Assembly: GCF_009914755.1 (NCBI RefSeq)
Contig: NC_060929.1
Source: the human T2T-CHM13v2.0 reference genome, Homo sapiens
DNA length: 64,000 bases
Reading direction: 5' to 3' (one strand)
Notes under the pieces: generated by a model
Seen by the model: only the letters and a program-made list of their open reading frames with translations
The model's database searches: none
Told to the model about the DNA's origin: nothing
Shown: positions 1 through 15,223 of the stretch, in pieces
How the letters are laid out: each line of letters begins with the position of its first letter
How positions within the stretch are numbered: the first letter of the stretch is position 1
Program-made: the position numbers and the translations under genes

Positions 1-1250
1 TAACACACAAAGAAAGTAAAAGATCCGAATACAATAACTAACAAGCTCAATCTTACATAAAATTATCTTATTTTCATGTAAAGTTTAGAAAAAAAAATCA
101 AGTTACCTGGCCACCAAGAAAACCCAATAAATTCCAAAAAGCAATGTAAAGAGTAACTCCTCCAAGCCTTTAAAATTTGAAGAAAAAACACTTATGAAAA
201 ATTACTGGGCCAAAAAAGAAATCAAAACTGAAATTACAAGCTACCCAGAAATTAATGAAAATAAGAACTTTCTCAAAGATTATGACATGCAATTAAAATT
301 ATATTCAGAAAAACACAGAGCCTTAAATGATTTTATAATAAGGACTGCAAATAAAGTAAACATTTGAATTTACAAATGTAGAACTAGTGTAACATTAAAA
401 AGTGAGTAAAAGTAAAGAAAATTAGTAAGTCTGAACATCTACAGCATTAGGATAAAGAGAAGATATAATAACAGTCTGAGGAAATTAAAGGTATACAAGA
501 ATATGACATGTTTTGGGTGAATGAATTTGAAAATCCAAAAGAAATGGATGCTTTTTGGAAAATGCAAATTAACAAAATTGCCACAAGAAGTGAGAAAATT
601 TGAGATGAAAAGGCACGAGAATAACTTAAAAATTGTTAAAAATTGACTATTTGTATTAAAAAACTGATTCAACATCAATTTAAATAATGACATTGATAAA
701 TTCAGGGTGAAGAACTGTGATTAAACAGATGGAAACATACTGACTACATTCAACTGCCATTCAGTTTAAAAACTATAAGCAAAGGAGTAAAGGCAAACTG
801 TTAGAACAGTATAAAGGACATTTACTAGAAGCACAAACAGCAAACATAATATTAAGTTAAAACTCTAATTCATCAAAATCAAGTTCCTCAATCACTACTA
901 TTTACATTGTTTTAATGATTAAATTCAAAATATTTTCAGATAAGAGAATTGTGTAGAGTGTCTAAGAATTTTTTTAAAATTATTATAGCTGATAAGAAAA
1001 TTTAGTAAAATGAATAGGTATAAGAAATATAGAAATCAACAGTTTTCCTTTATATTAGCAATAGACATTTGGAAACTGAAATTGACTATTCAGCTCAAAA
1101 TATTGACAAGAACTATAAAATAATGTAACAAATGTAATGGAGGTAAAATGAGACCTGGAGAGTAAACTATACCATGTTCCTGGACAGGATGACTTAACTA
1201 ATGCAAACTCATTTAATTCTTCCCAAACCAAAATATTTCATGTTTCGTGT
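1..1250 (+). mobile_element. Old, highly diverged L1M ORF2 fragments
   Basis: A-rich decayed L1 ORF2-like segments (e.g. gaaatggatgctttttggaaa, ataccatgttcctggacaggatgact). Confidence 0.6.
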
Positions 1251-1282
1251 ACTGCACTGACCTTATAGTACTGTCTCCCACA

Positions 1283-1578
1283 TTTTTTTTTTTTTTTGAG
1301 ACGGAGTCTCGCTCTGTCACCTAGGCTGCAGGGCAGTGGCGCGATCTTGGCTCACTGCAAGCTCTGCCTCCTGGGGTCACGCCATTCTCCTGCCTCAGCC
1401 TCCCAAGTAGCTGGGACTAAAGGCACCCACCACCACGCCCAGCTGATTTTGTATTTTTTTAGTAGAGACGGGGTTTCACCATGTTAGCCAGGATGGTCTT
1501 GATCTCCTGACCTCGTGATCTGCCCATCTCGGCCTCCCAAAGTGCTGGGATTACAGGTGTGAGCCACCAAGGCCGGCT
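1283..1578 (-). mobile_element. AluY-like SINE with target-site duplication
   Basis: Alu dimer with gcaagctc..cacgccattctc diagnostic; TSD tactgtctccca at 1269-1280 and 1579-1590. Confidence 0.93.
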
Positions 1579-1812
1579 TACTGTCTCCCATATCTTATTA
1601 ACCTCATCATAGATATAAAAACATTCTCTGTACAGGAAAGGACTGTATTGGGTTTGCTTACCACTCTACCCTTCATTGTTAATACAACACCTAATACAAA
1701 AAGAAAACAAAATCTTAATTTTGTTGAATAAAAGCTATGCCATGGATCACATTTTACAAATAAGAAGCTGAGGTCTAGAAAGATAAAGTGACCGCAGGGA
1801 CACAGCTGCTGC

Positions 1813-3098
<1,286 letters not shown>

Positions 3099-5979
3099 GG
3101 ATACAGCCACTTCTAAGCATATTTGAAAGAAACATGGAAGGTTCTTTGTATTGGGATGTTTTTCAAAGGTAAACTTTCCCCTGTGTAGTGGAAAGAGCAT
3201 CCCTACAAAACTACAGACAGAAGAGATAGGTCCTAATATTGGCTTAGCTACTAATTAGAGTTTTGCAGCCTGAGCTGAGTCACTTCATTTCTCCTGATTC
3301 AGGTTTTCTGCAATTAACATTAGGGTGCTTATAGCTGAATGATATTAAAGAATTATATCCTTAATTCCTTACTGTTAGGTGGGATAACAGAATTGCAGTT
3401 TATGAAAAGAATCCTTTTATAAAGAAATTTGAAAATAATCTTTCAGATAATGCCGAAATGTTTATGGATAGAATATGTGCAGCATTTGCTTCAAAATAAT
3501 CTGAGGAAAAGGGAAGTTGAGTACAGATGAAACAAGACTGACCATAAGTGGATAACTGTCTAAGCTGGATGTATGCATTTACTATTCTATTTTTATAGAG
3601 AGTTAATTTAAAGATTTTCTCAAAAGTGTTGATCAAGATGATCTCTAAACCAAAAGAATAGAGAAAGATTTCGCCAACTGGGAATGTGAAATTCAGTCAT
3701 TTAATAAAATTTAGTCTTCAAGATTCATTAGCCTTTAGCTGCAGGGTCACCAGCAGTAATCATTAGCCCTTTGGTTTCATTCCCTGCTAAGTCATATCAG
3801 CAACACTATGATTTATCATATTATTAATAATGGGTTTCTAGGAAGCCTCATCTATCATTTTTAATGTTTCTTCTTCTCCTTTTAAGTGAGCTGTTTAATG
3901 AGAAGAGCCTGCTGCAGTCATACAAATGCATCATTAGCCAAAAGGATATTTATAACAAATATCAAACTCATTCATTGTTCATGAGAGAGACAGAGATCGA
4001 CTGATTCAAAGATGACCAAAATCCCACTCTATGCAAAGAAGTCTGCCTTTCAACACCAGAGGAGATGGAGAATATTTGATTAAATTCTTACAAGAGTGTC
4101 TGGTAGGCAGTGTAGCAGCATGGTTTGGAATCAGGTATCTAGCTCACCTTTCTTTCAGTCTCTGTGTTGAACATACCCAAGTTCCAGTGAACAGTCAAAG
4201 TCTTAGAGGTAAGCAGTTGTTCAAAATATATCATATGAAGCACAGCAAGGAGAGAAATATTTTCTTTCCTCCTAAAAAAGACTCAGGTAGCAATCAAAAG
4301 GCAAAATCTCTGTAAGACTGTTGAAGATGGAGAAACTCTTTCACATTCTCATATCCTTTTGCTTCTGTCAAAGGTTAACATGTGTGAGGGCCTAGGCTGG
4401 GTGAGATGGCTTGCTAATGAATTTGCTTTTGTTCCTTTCGGATCTTAATCTTTTTAAAAATTATCTTCAGTATTCCTCCCTTTGCAATAATTCTGATATT
4501 TCTCCAATTGTGCTTCAGTGTTTCCCATTTAACAAGTATTGCAAGATAATTTTATAAACATTCTTTGTAGAGGGCCTGAAATTTTCCAAAGAATTCTTTG
4601 ATTGGTAGATTATAAAAAACAAAATGGGTAAATAAAATGGATAAAGTACTTCATATATGACATTTAGGCTAATTATAAGTGACTGGGCAGTGGAGACTTT
4701 AGAATTTGGGTGAAAGCTTAAAGAAAACGGGATGCAGAAGAACAAACATGCAAATGGTCCACCTACAAAAAAATCCCACCATGAATAAGAGTCATATGTA
4801 CTCAACATATATCCTTCAAACCACAACAGGCTTTATCCGACAATCATTTCTTCATAAGGCTTACAGAATGCTATACAGATTTTTATGTATTTTGCAGGTT
4901 GTTTTGCTTCCATTCTGAAAGGCAGTTAAATATCCCCAAAAGTACCTGTGGCAGAATGTGAAGCACATAAGAGCAAAGAAGACTGTAATTCCACTTCTCT
5001 TTTCATCACTTGCCACAGATGTGAACTTGAATAGTTAACTCCCTTGGCCTGAATCTCTTCATCTATAATAACAGGAATATTTGTATTTAACTCAGTGTTC
5101 TGTGAGGATAAAATGGCAATAAATATTCAGAACCTGGCCAGTGACATGTGCTTAATAATTGTTAGTTCCCTCCTTGTAAAAAATAGATTTAGAATTTAGC
5201 TGTGGCTTTTAAACCTTAATCACAGTTTTTAATCATTGACAGGATCTTTCAAGTAAGAGAAATTTTCCTGACAAAATGAATATGTCAAATATGTCAGTCT
5301 CTAAATATACCTTTAGTCTGAAAAATATTGGGTGTAAATAAGGAAACTAAACATTAGTTTTCAACATGTTTTCCAGATAGTCATAGATAAAAGTATTTTT
5401 GAATAACCAAATATAGCACCCAAGAAAAGTATAATAAATAGCTTATGTTTCTAATAACATCCTAAATTGGTGAATCACTAATAAAAAGTTGCCTTTCTAA
5501 AAAAAATGCATGCCCATTTGTTAAATCACTGTATAAGAGGAAATAATATTTTGCTCCTGGAAATTCTGAAGGCATTAAATGCATTTTCCAAACAGCACAG
5601 GAAGTAAAGGTCCATCCCAATGGGTCAGTATTTTTATTCCCTGTTAGGACAAACAGGGTTTGGCTGGGTTCTTCCACAGTCCTCTGTGGAAAACAGAACA
5701 GGCTAGGGGGAACTGCCTAGAGGTATTAGAACCATAGTTGGAAAACACCCTTATATGCACCAAGGCTTAGCTGAATATGAGCTTGAATTGGCAAATATGC
5801 TGGAAAAATATTGAAGAGTTTTTTTCCTCATTTTTAAAGATTACTTAAAAGACAGTTGACTGTTTAGAGCAAAAATAATAGCAAAGTATTATAAGATTTA
5901 TATCACGTGCAGAATTAAATATGATAAATAGGGAGGATTAATGGCAACAAAAAAAGGCAGGCTCATGAGCAAAAGTGGT

Positions 5980-7135
5980 TGGTAACCAGATGTTAGATGA
6001 GATCTTGCTGTCTCACTTTTAACTGATAGAAGAGCTAGGGGATACCAGCATGTAGGATAGATGCTCAGAAGTAGAATTTACAAAGGAAATAGTCAAAAGC
6101 ACATCCCAAGGCTCTTGGGACCCTCAGCAGGCTGAAGGAATACAGTATAGGAATAGCAAAGGTTTTGTATGAAGGATTTATTTCATGAAAAGTATTCTAA
6201 CTACCCCTACATTTCTCAGCAACCAAGGAAGGGGTAAGGGTATGCCTGCTGCTCACTCCATTGACAAATCAGAGCCTGAAAGATGGGGAGTGCAGATAGG
6301 GAGTGCTGCCTGACTCTTACCTGAGAAAATTAAAGGGGCTGTTTTGCGGAAGTAACTACACTATCACTGGAGGCAGTAGAAGAAATGTGAGTGCTTCCCA
6401 GATGGGGGCCATGTGAGAGAGGAACAACCTCAACAGGTTAATGCTTTGTCAACAGGATAGCCCAGGAAGAGGGACTCCACCGGTAAGAGTCTATATGTTA
6501 AGTGGACCGCAGGAAAGTCAGAAGCTGCTGGGGAAGCATCCAGCCATCACCCATAGGAGCAGCCGCTGCAGGAGGAACCAAGAAGGGGGTCTCTAAAGAC
6601 AACTGCTCACCCCACTCCACACACACAGAGAGAGGAAGGGATCAGCTTTAAATATTTTTATGGACCAGAGATCATGGAGCCAGCAAACAGGATTACCAGT
6701 CTCCTGCTATGTAAAATCTTTCCTGCCCTATTTCCTTGCCTTCCCTTTCTCTTGAATTTTGATCCTGGTGGGTGCCAAACAGTGAGCTGGAAGAGGAGGG
6801 GAGTAGAGAAAAAGCAAAAGCATACTATATAACCTTCTTCAAATGCAGGCAGACTGTAGCTGGGAGATCAAAAATGAGGAGATGCATTGCTTTTGAATGA
6901 TTATTAAAGCATTTTTCACTGTTTTGGAATGGACCCTCTAATGTCTGAATGAAGACTGAGTTTATGAATTAAAGTCACTTAAGAGCTGTTTATTTTCCTA
7001 GAGTGAGCTGAAATGTCATGCAGCCTGAGTATTCATTAACAGCAGAGGAAAAGCTTCCCTAACAGAATAGGTTAAAGAGTACCACAGGAGATAAAAATAG
7101 CTGTATTTTATTCTATCCCACATTTAGAGCTTGTT
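5980..7135. mobile_element. Probable ancient LTR-derived segment (family uncertain)
   Basis: GC-richer ~1.1 kb block with an LTR-like 3' end; by-eye resemblance only. Confidence 0.3.
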
Positions 7136-7639
7136 CAAAATATTGTAAACAGAAGAAATGCACACACATTCACATACATGCTTGTTACAGTGGATCTCCT
7201 AAGATACATTCACTAACACAGAATACTCATTATCAATGTTGTTTTTTAATATAACTAAAGAGAGCAACACTGGAATTTGAAGAGAGATAATTGCTAGAAG
7301 CCAAAAGGAAGGTCTCCAAAACAAGAGAGAAAATGATTAAATGCCCTCCTGAAGAGTAAGGTACGGCTGCCCCTTAAACAATCCCAGAGAGCAGCTTTAT
7401 AAAGAAATGCCAAATAACGCAAGAAAATAATATAGCTTTTAAAAAGCTGATACCAGTGTTGGTAATAGAGTAGAAACAGTGTGAGAGTAAACTGGGATAA
7501 TTTTTCTGGCCAGTAACTCTGTGATATATCAAAATCCCTAAAATACTGACAAAGATATTCTATTTCTAGGGATTTGTACTAAGAAAACCATCAGTAAATA
7601 CACAATGACATAAATTCAAACATGTTATTAATGATATTA

Positions 7640-9500
7640 AACAGTTAGAAAAATCAAACTGACATGAAAAAGTGGCTTTCGGACATTAGACCACACACAG
7701 TACGGGACTACCATTTCTGAAAGAAGGGAAGCCAACAAGATAGGTCTACAATTTCCCCCAGCTTACTGCCTGGAGAGAATTTGCAAGCTGCAGTACAGGA
7801 AGTCAAACTCAGCAATTTTGTTGGCTTCAGAGAGCCTGAGGCAACTACAATTTGAGATCTGAAAATACCAGAAAGGAGGTCATTATACAGAGTGAGAGCT
7901 CAGATTTGCAGAGGAAGAAGGTCTCAAGTCTTTAGCAGAGTATGAATATGTGCATATATGAGAAGAAATTAGTCAAAGCCTGAAAAAGAACCATTAAGCA
8001 AGCATTAGGCAAAAAAAAAAAAAAAAAAAAAAAAAGCCCAAAACTAACACAGGTCTAGGAACAATTCACAATCCTACCAAACAGTGAGGAAAGATTTTGT
8101 AATATATGGAGCATCAGGCAGAGTCCTCCGAAGAAAACTTTCTCAGTAGTGGGGCTATAAATTAAACTGCAACTAAAGGCTACTCTCAACTAATCTTAAC
8201 ACAGCTTAAAAGCAAATATTGAAAAAGATCAACCTGAGAGACATCTATAGAATTTGTGCTACAACAAACATCAAAGGATGTCCTTCAAGCAGAAGGAAAA
8301 AAACATCAAATGGCAATCTAGATCTCTGCACAGAAAAAGTGCAACAAACAGAAAATATGTTGGAAAAATATAAAAGATTTTTCCTCATTTTTAAAGATTA
8401 CTTAAAAAGATAGTCGAGTGTTTAGAGCAAAAATAATAGCGAAGTATAAGGTTTATGTCACATGCAGAATTAACTATCACTAAAGAACACACAATAAGGC
8501 AGAAAACAGAAGTTTACTATTGTATAATTCTTACATTATATATAAAGTGATATATTACTTGAAGTAGATTGTGATTAAAATATGTATATGGTAGACCCTA
8601 GAGAAGCCACTAAAAAGTAATCCAACAGTGAAGATAAAATACTCAAAAAATACGTAATTGATCCCAAAGAAATCAAAGGGCAAAAAGGACAGATGAAGTA
8701 AACAGAAAAAAAAATATCCTGATAGATTTAAACCCAACCATATTGATGACTACATTAATTGTAAATGGTCTAAACCTCCAATTATGATTTAGAGATTATA
8801 AGATAACAATCTAACTATATGATTACAAAAACCTACTTAAAAATAAAGGTGTTCATAGGTTACAGGCAGAAGAATGGAGAAACATACTTTGAAGAGTGAC
8901 TATATCAGCATCAGACAGTAGACTTCAATAAAAGGAATATTATTGAAGAGACAAAATGACAGATCAATTCATTAAGAGAATGTAAGCTTAAATGTGTATA
9001 AATGCAAGTAGTAACAGCTCTAAAACAGATAAAGGAAAAAGTGGTATAACTGAAAGGAAAAACAGACAAATCCACAATTATAGCTGAAGATCTCAAGACT
9101 GCTCTCTCAGTAATTGACAAGACACAGAACACTTGAACAATACTAACTGCCCATTTGATCCAATTGGCACTTACAGAACACTGTACCCAACAAGAGCAGA
9201 ATATATATTCAAGTGCAAATGGAACAGTCACTAAAATAGCCTACATTCTGGGCCATAAGCAAGTCTCAAATTTAAAAGGACTGAAACTATAAAGTGTGTT
9301 TTCTGACCTCAAAAGAATTAAACTGAAAAATTTTTAAAAAGTTATGTGGAAAATTACCAAATATTTGGAAACTGACACACCTTTAAATAAACAATGGGTC
9401 ATACAAAAAATAACAAGGAAGATTAGAAAGTATTTTGAAGAGACTGAAACAACATAAAAATTTGTAGGATGTTACTTGCTTATATTAGAGAAAAAAGGTT
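7640..9500 (+). mobile_element. Old L1M fragments, with A25 tract at 8011-8035
   Basis: Decayed endonuclease-region sequence (acagacaaatccacaattatagctgaaga, cattctgggccataa). Confidence 0.7.
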
Positions 9501-9518
9501 TCAAATCAGTGATCTAAG

Positions 9519-9719
9519 GCAGAAGTTGGCAAATCTTTTCTGTAAAGGGCCAAACGGTAAATATTTTAGGCTTTGCAAGCCACACAGTTTCTATCCTAAC
9601 TATTTAAAGCAGCCATAAACAATACGTAAATGAGTGGATATGGCTATGCTCCAAGAAAAATTTACAAAAATAGGCAGTGGGCCAGATTTGGTACATGCAA
9701 CACAGTTTGCTGACCCCTG
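9519..9719. mobile_element. MER58A-like hAT DNA transposon
   Basis: ggcaaatcttttctgtaaagggccaaacggtaaatattttaggctttgc ... gtttgctgacccctg. Confidence 0.8.
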
Positions 9720-12121
9720 TTAGAATATCAGCTCCATAAATGCAGAGAATTTTGTCTGTTTTGTTAACTACTGCATCCCCAAAAACGTTGTCGTTTATAT
9801 TTAACAGTGCCTGACCCTTAATATATGCCAGATCAATACATGTTGAATGAATTAGCGAATTTAATCCTCAGAACAAGCATGAGTTAAAAATTGTCATTTT
9901 ACCAATGAATATACTACAACAGTGATATACTACATGATCAATAAGTAAAGAACCAGTATTTAAGCTCAAGTCTGTCTAATTCCAAAGTTTTATGAGCTTT
10001 CCACTACATTACACTAATAAGACAAAGGCATTACTAATTGTAAAAGTTTCATATGACCTCATATGGATTTTCCACCTGTTTTTCTTTTCCTGAGCCTCAG
10101 GACCAAATGGACAATACACTAAAGTTAAAACAATGTCTAGAGATTTATGCTTATTTCCTCACCTATGTCATAATATATTTAAATATCTATATTTTGGACT
10201 AACATTTGGATTACAATTGATGCAACTAAACAGACTGAATCTTCAACACAAACCCCCTTGTAGTTTTATAACCAGGAATACTAGTGACTTAACTTATTTA
10301 AAACAGGTAGCATGTCTAGAGAACCCAATCAATTTTATGTGCTCAGACATGTAGCACACAGGAGTATGACATTAATTAGTATTTATTCTTTTCAAATGCA
10401 CAAAGATGTGAAAAATGTGAGGGAGAAAAGGAAAAAAATAAAAAAACACCAAAAGTGTCCCATTCTTTCTTGCCATAAGAATGCCTCATTCAATCCTCTC
10501 CACATAGAGGAGGGCTCTTGGCTCTTGTGCCACTCACGTACTGCAGCCCTGTCCAGTGGGCTGCTATTTTGTGCTTTCAATAACCAGCTCTCATAGCTGA
10601 CCATACACATCTGCTTCCCTTCATAAGTCAATAATCAATGCCAGCTGTTCTCCAAAAATAGGCATTCAGAAAGCACTAGAGCAGCTCTGAATATAGATTC
10701 AGCGGACTGCACATCTTTCCATCATTTATTCGCTTGCCTGGGGTTTTACCATCATCACAATCAGCAGCGAGCTTGAAGGAGCCAACTACTGTTTTGTCAA
10801 GTTTTCCTCCTTTGGATGCTCAGGGTAGAATTGTTAAAAATCTGTGTACATGAGACCAACACTGCATACTAAGAAGCTATTAAACGGTAAGACAAATAGC
10901 ATCCACACCGTTTGCTTGCCCTGAAGGCTTAATGTTTATTGTAATCTGATGCTATAATGATTGATGATAATGTCATGATGCTGAGAACTCATGGCTTACA
11001 CAGCCATTGAAAGATTATTAAACTCAGGAAAAAGATAAAAGTAAATGAAAAATAATATAATAAAGCTGAATTTTTCAGCTTCTTGACTGCCAGATCTTGC
11101 AATAAAAACATATTTAAATTACATAAGTCAACAAATCTTTGGGACAAATAAAAATAGATTGCTTACTGAAATTACATAAGGAAGGTAAGCTGTATCTTTA
11201 TCCATAACCAATAAAAGAAAAAAAATGTGTCCTCAAAGGGCTTAATTTTGGTGCTTGAATAGGGACTTAGGATAAGCAGGTTGTACTGGCTCCTGTAAAA
11301 TCATCTCGCTTTTACCAGTGTATTTTAAGGTAAATATTTCCTCTTTAATTTTAAGTAATAGAGCATTACTTAATAGCCACTATTTAGAGAGTGCTTGCAG
11401 TGTTCACTTTTCATTTTCTTCTCACTTAATCCTAGCCAAAACATGTGCTTCAGATCACATAATTTGTAAGGGGTAGGGCTGAAATTAAAACCAAACTAAA
11501 CCTCATGGACTTGATTCTGAAGCTGCCCTGAGTCTCAAACAATGAAAATATACATGGTGCATCACATACAAAGAAGTTAGGAAATGATTATCAGTTATGA
11601 AAGCAACAAAAAAAATGCTAATCAGAAGTAACACTACCAACTTCCATTACCAAAACAGTGGAACCAAACCCAGGAACACTTCTTATGCTTAATTTTTCTC
11701 AACTAGACTTCCATGATGTTCCTACAGAACTCCAGAGTTGTTCATCCCACTAGGTCCATTCCTTTGGGAACTCGTGGGCTCCAAGTTATATTGAGAAAAG
11801 TATAAAGTAATAAACATTTGTATTTTAATCATTCACAGGAATCTTAACAGGATATGTAAAAATATGGTACGCATTGGAAAAGCTTTCCTACAAATAACTA
11901 CATAGTGTACACTACCACTATGAGAGCTTCCAGCCTTACTACATGCTAAATCATAATATAAACAAATCTTATACTGATATGAAGATGCCCATGTTCCCCG
12001 AAGGGAAGAAGATATTTAACACATTTCTGCTTCATACCCAGGACCACTGAGCAAATTGATTTCAAAAATCATTAGTCTAGAGAAATAGATGTATTTAAAA
12101 CCCTATTGCTTTTGTTCATAG

Positions 12122-12479
<358 letters not shown>

Positions 12480-12499
12480 CGCAACTTCTTATAAGAACA

Positions 12500-12890
12500 A
12501 TAACCTATTTACCAGGTACTAAGTGTCAAGCTCTGTGCTATGTACTTTGTATGCATTGTCACATGTATTCCTTCATATAGTCCTATAAAGTAGGTACTGT
12601 TATATGATTCCCATTTTTACAGATGAGGAAAAATAGGAAATTAGCTCAAGTTACACTGCCAGCAAGCGTCAGAAATAAGACTTTAATCCACAACTATCTC
12701 ACTACAGGGCCTTGCTCTTACCTACTAAGCTAAGAGAACCAAATGAGACCCCTAAAATTATCTGTTCTCAAACCCTCACTTTATAGATGAGGGCATTTTA
12801 ACCCAAAGAGCATAAGTGAAATGTTCAACATCACACCTTGATTACTGGTAGAGTCAGTGCTAAAACCCAGGGCTTGCTTTCCTATAGTCA
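12500..12890. mobile_element. MIR fragments
   Basis: MIR core cccatttttacagatgaggaaa and a second tttatagatgagg copy. Confidence 0.65.
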
Positions 12891-13197
12891 CTCTACTACC
12901 CCGTATGGCCCTTTTCTAAAATTTGAAAACAGAAATACATTGTAATATCCTACACAAGTATTTCCACAAACTTTCTATCTGACTCACTGTACGATGCTCA
13001 GGAGACCCTCCCTGATTTTTTTGAAGCAATCAAAAGCTGCTAACCCTTGTAACTATGGCTGATTCTGAAAGATCAGTATTTTTACAACTAAACTAACAAT
13101 ATAATCCACAATTTGCTAAGGGTTCTTATTATGATGGCTCAATGATGTTTTTCTCTTACATTTTAAAATGAAGTGAGTTGTAATCAATCTTTAATAT

Positions 13198-13372
13198 GCT
13201 GGTTCTCAAACCTGGTCACATATCAGAACCACCTGAGTTGCTTTGAATGACCCAGTGTCCAGGCTACATCCCAGATTAATTAAATTAGAGACTACCTGGG
13301 CTGGAACCCAGGCATCAAAATTTCTTAAAACTCTGAGGTATTCTAATACACCACCAAGTTTGAAAACTAGGG
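13198..13372. mobile_element. MER5-like hAT DNA transposon
   Basis: ggttctcaaacctggtcacatatcagaaccacctg ... aagtttgaaaacta terminal inverted repeats. Confidence 0.7.
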
Positions 13373-13416
13373 CTTGAATAATTATTAAAACTTAAACATA
13401 ACATTTCAGGTGGCAT

Positions 13417-13480
13417 TAGATCAAATGAGCTAGACTAACATGATCTCTAGATCAAATGAGCTAGACTAACATGATCTCTA
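13417..13480. repeat. Perfect 31-bp tandem duplication
   Basis: tagatcaaatgagctagactaacatgatctc x2. Confidence 0.95.
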
Positions 13481-13835
13481 ACATTGTTATCAACTACATT
13501 AATCCACCTTCCTCAAAAAATTATTAGAAAACAAATTTAAGAGATTTCAAGAAAACTGTCCTATCATAGACCACCAGCCTCAGTTATTTGACAAGATTCT
13601 TCTTAGCTTGTTCTATAGAGAAACATATGGAAATCCTTAAACACACACACAAAGAGCAACCGGGCTACCAGCCAAAATGAGCTCATAATCATAAACATAC
13701 CCATTATTGTTTCCATGCACGTACTTGGGAAGCAACATCCTGGTCTATAATGAACTACACTCATGAATTAAGTCAGTGATAACAGTCCTCTTTCCAAAGC
13801 TAATTCTAAGAGGTTTCTTCCTTGATTTAGGTCAC

Positions 13836-13885
13836 TATTAAATGACAACTGTGCATTTCATATTAAATGACAACTGTGCATTTCA
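13836..13885. repeat. Perfect 25-bp tandem duplication
   Basis: tattaaatgacaactgtgcatttca x2. Confidence 0.95.
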
Positions 13886-14379
13886 CAAGGATATTAAACT
13901 CTCACAGGTTTTGAATTCCATAGCAGAGGACAATGATTATTTATGGGGTCACATGACCAATCAAGATGATTTCAATCACTGATTAATAGAATTAACAATT
14001 AGCAAAGTTAATTAACAACGCTAACAAACTTGTTAATTGTTCTTCCTAGTTTAAAATTTTAGTTATGGTAAATATTTGTATTTCTTATTTTCAGAGTATA
14101 ATTAGCCCTTTTTCTGTTTTTTAAGTCTTCTCTAACTTGGTTTCTTCTAAGCAAGAGGTTTCGGCTCTGACCTTGCCTACTTTTAGTCCCAAATGCACAG
14201 TAAATTGGCAAAGCTGAATACTTCTCAGTGCTTACTTAATTAAAATTTGATTCTAGTAAGAAATATATATTAAAATATTTCATTTTTAAAGAATCGTGAT
14301 CTCATGGCCCTTTTTCTTAGTATTTAAAATATAATTATTCTGATCCAAACATAATTCAGAATAAAAAATGTCTACTTAC

Positions 14380-14455
14380 AGGTATCATCCAGTTAGCCAG
14401 GTCACCATATTTGGAAACCTGCATCGCTCCTAGCATTGTCAGATCGACGTGTCCA
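14380..14455 (-). CDS. OXCT1: OXCT1 exon 13 (76 nt): (G)[25 protein letters not shown]
   Basis: Acceptor TTTCTTTCTCAG|TGG, donor CCT|GTAAGT; GDLANW motif; ends in phase 0. Confidence 0.98.
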
Positions 14456-14974
14456 CTGAGAAAGAAAGAGGAAGAATAAAGTGAACCTCATAAGCTTTTG
14501 TCCCCTTTGCTTGAACTTGCCAGCAATTAGAATAACTTCATACCACCAAAATATACTTGCTTCCCCCACCACACAACTGATTTCCTAATAGATCAGCTCC
14601 ATGCTGACAGAGAAATAATCACTAAAAATTCTTTTTGAAAAAAAAGTTACAGTATACATTGTTTCAATAACAAACTATGAACAGGTGTACACAGGAAGAC
14701 TGTTTCCTTCAGTGAGGCAGAATGTGACTACTTGAACACAAACACTAGCTAGAAAGTGAACACAGTTTGAAGAAAATGTTAGAATCCTCAGAAAGCACCT
14801 TAGAAATGTTTATTTCAGTATGGTTGGCACAAAGGCATGGATTCCATTTTGGGGGTTCTTTTCCTAACAGTGGGCTGGATATTCAATGCCCAACATTCGA
14901 TGTGAATAATTTCACACCCTGCAGCCGAACAAACTCCTGATAGTTTTCTGGCTGGGAAATGTGGCTGTGTTTCA

Positions 14975-15223
<249 letters not shown>

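Noticed and set aside
10955-10990. TGATGA...CTGA as a C/D snoRNA
   Set aside because: Boxes are too close together and there is no terminal stem.
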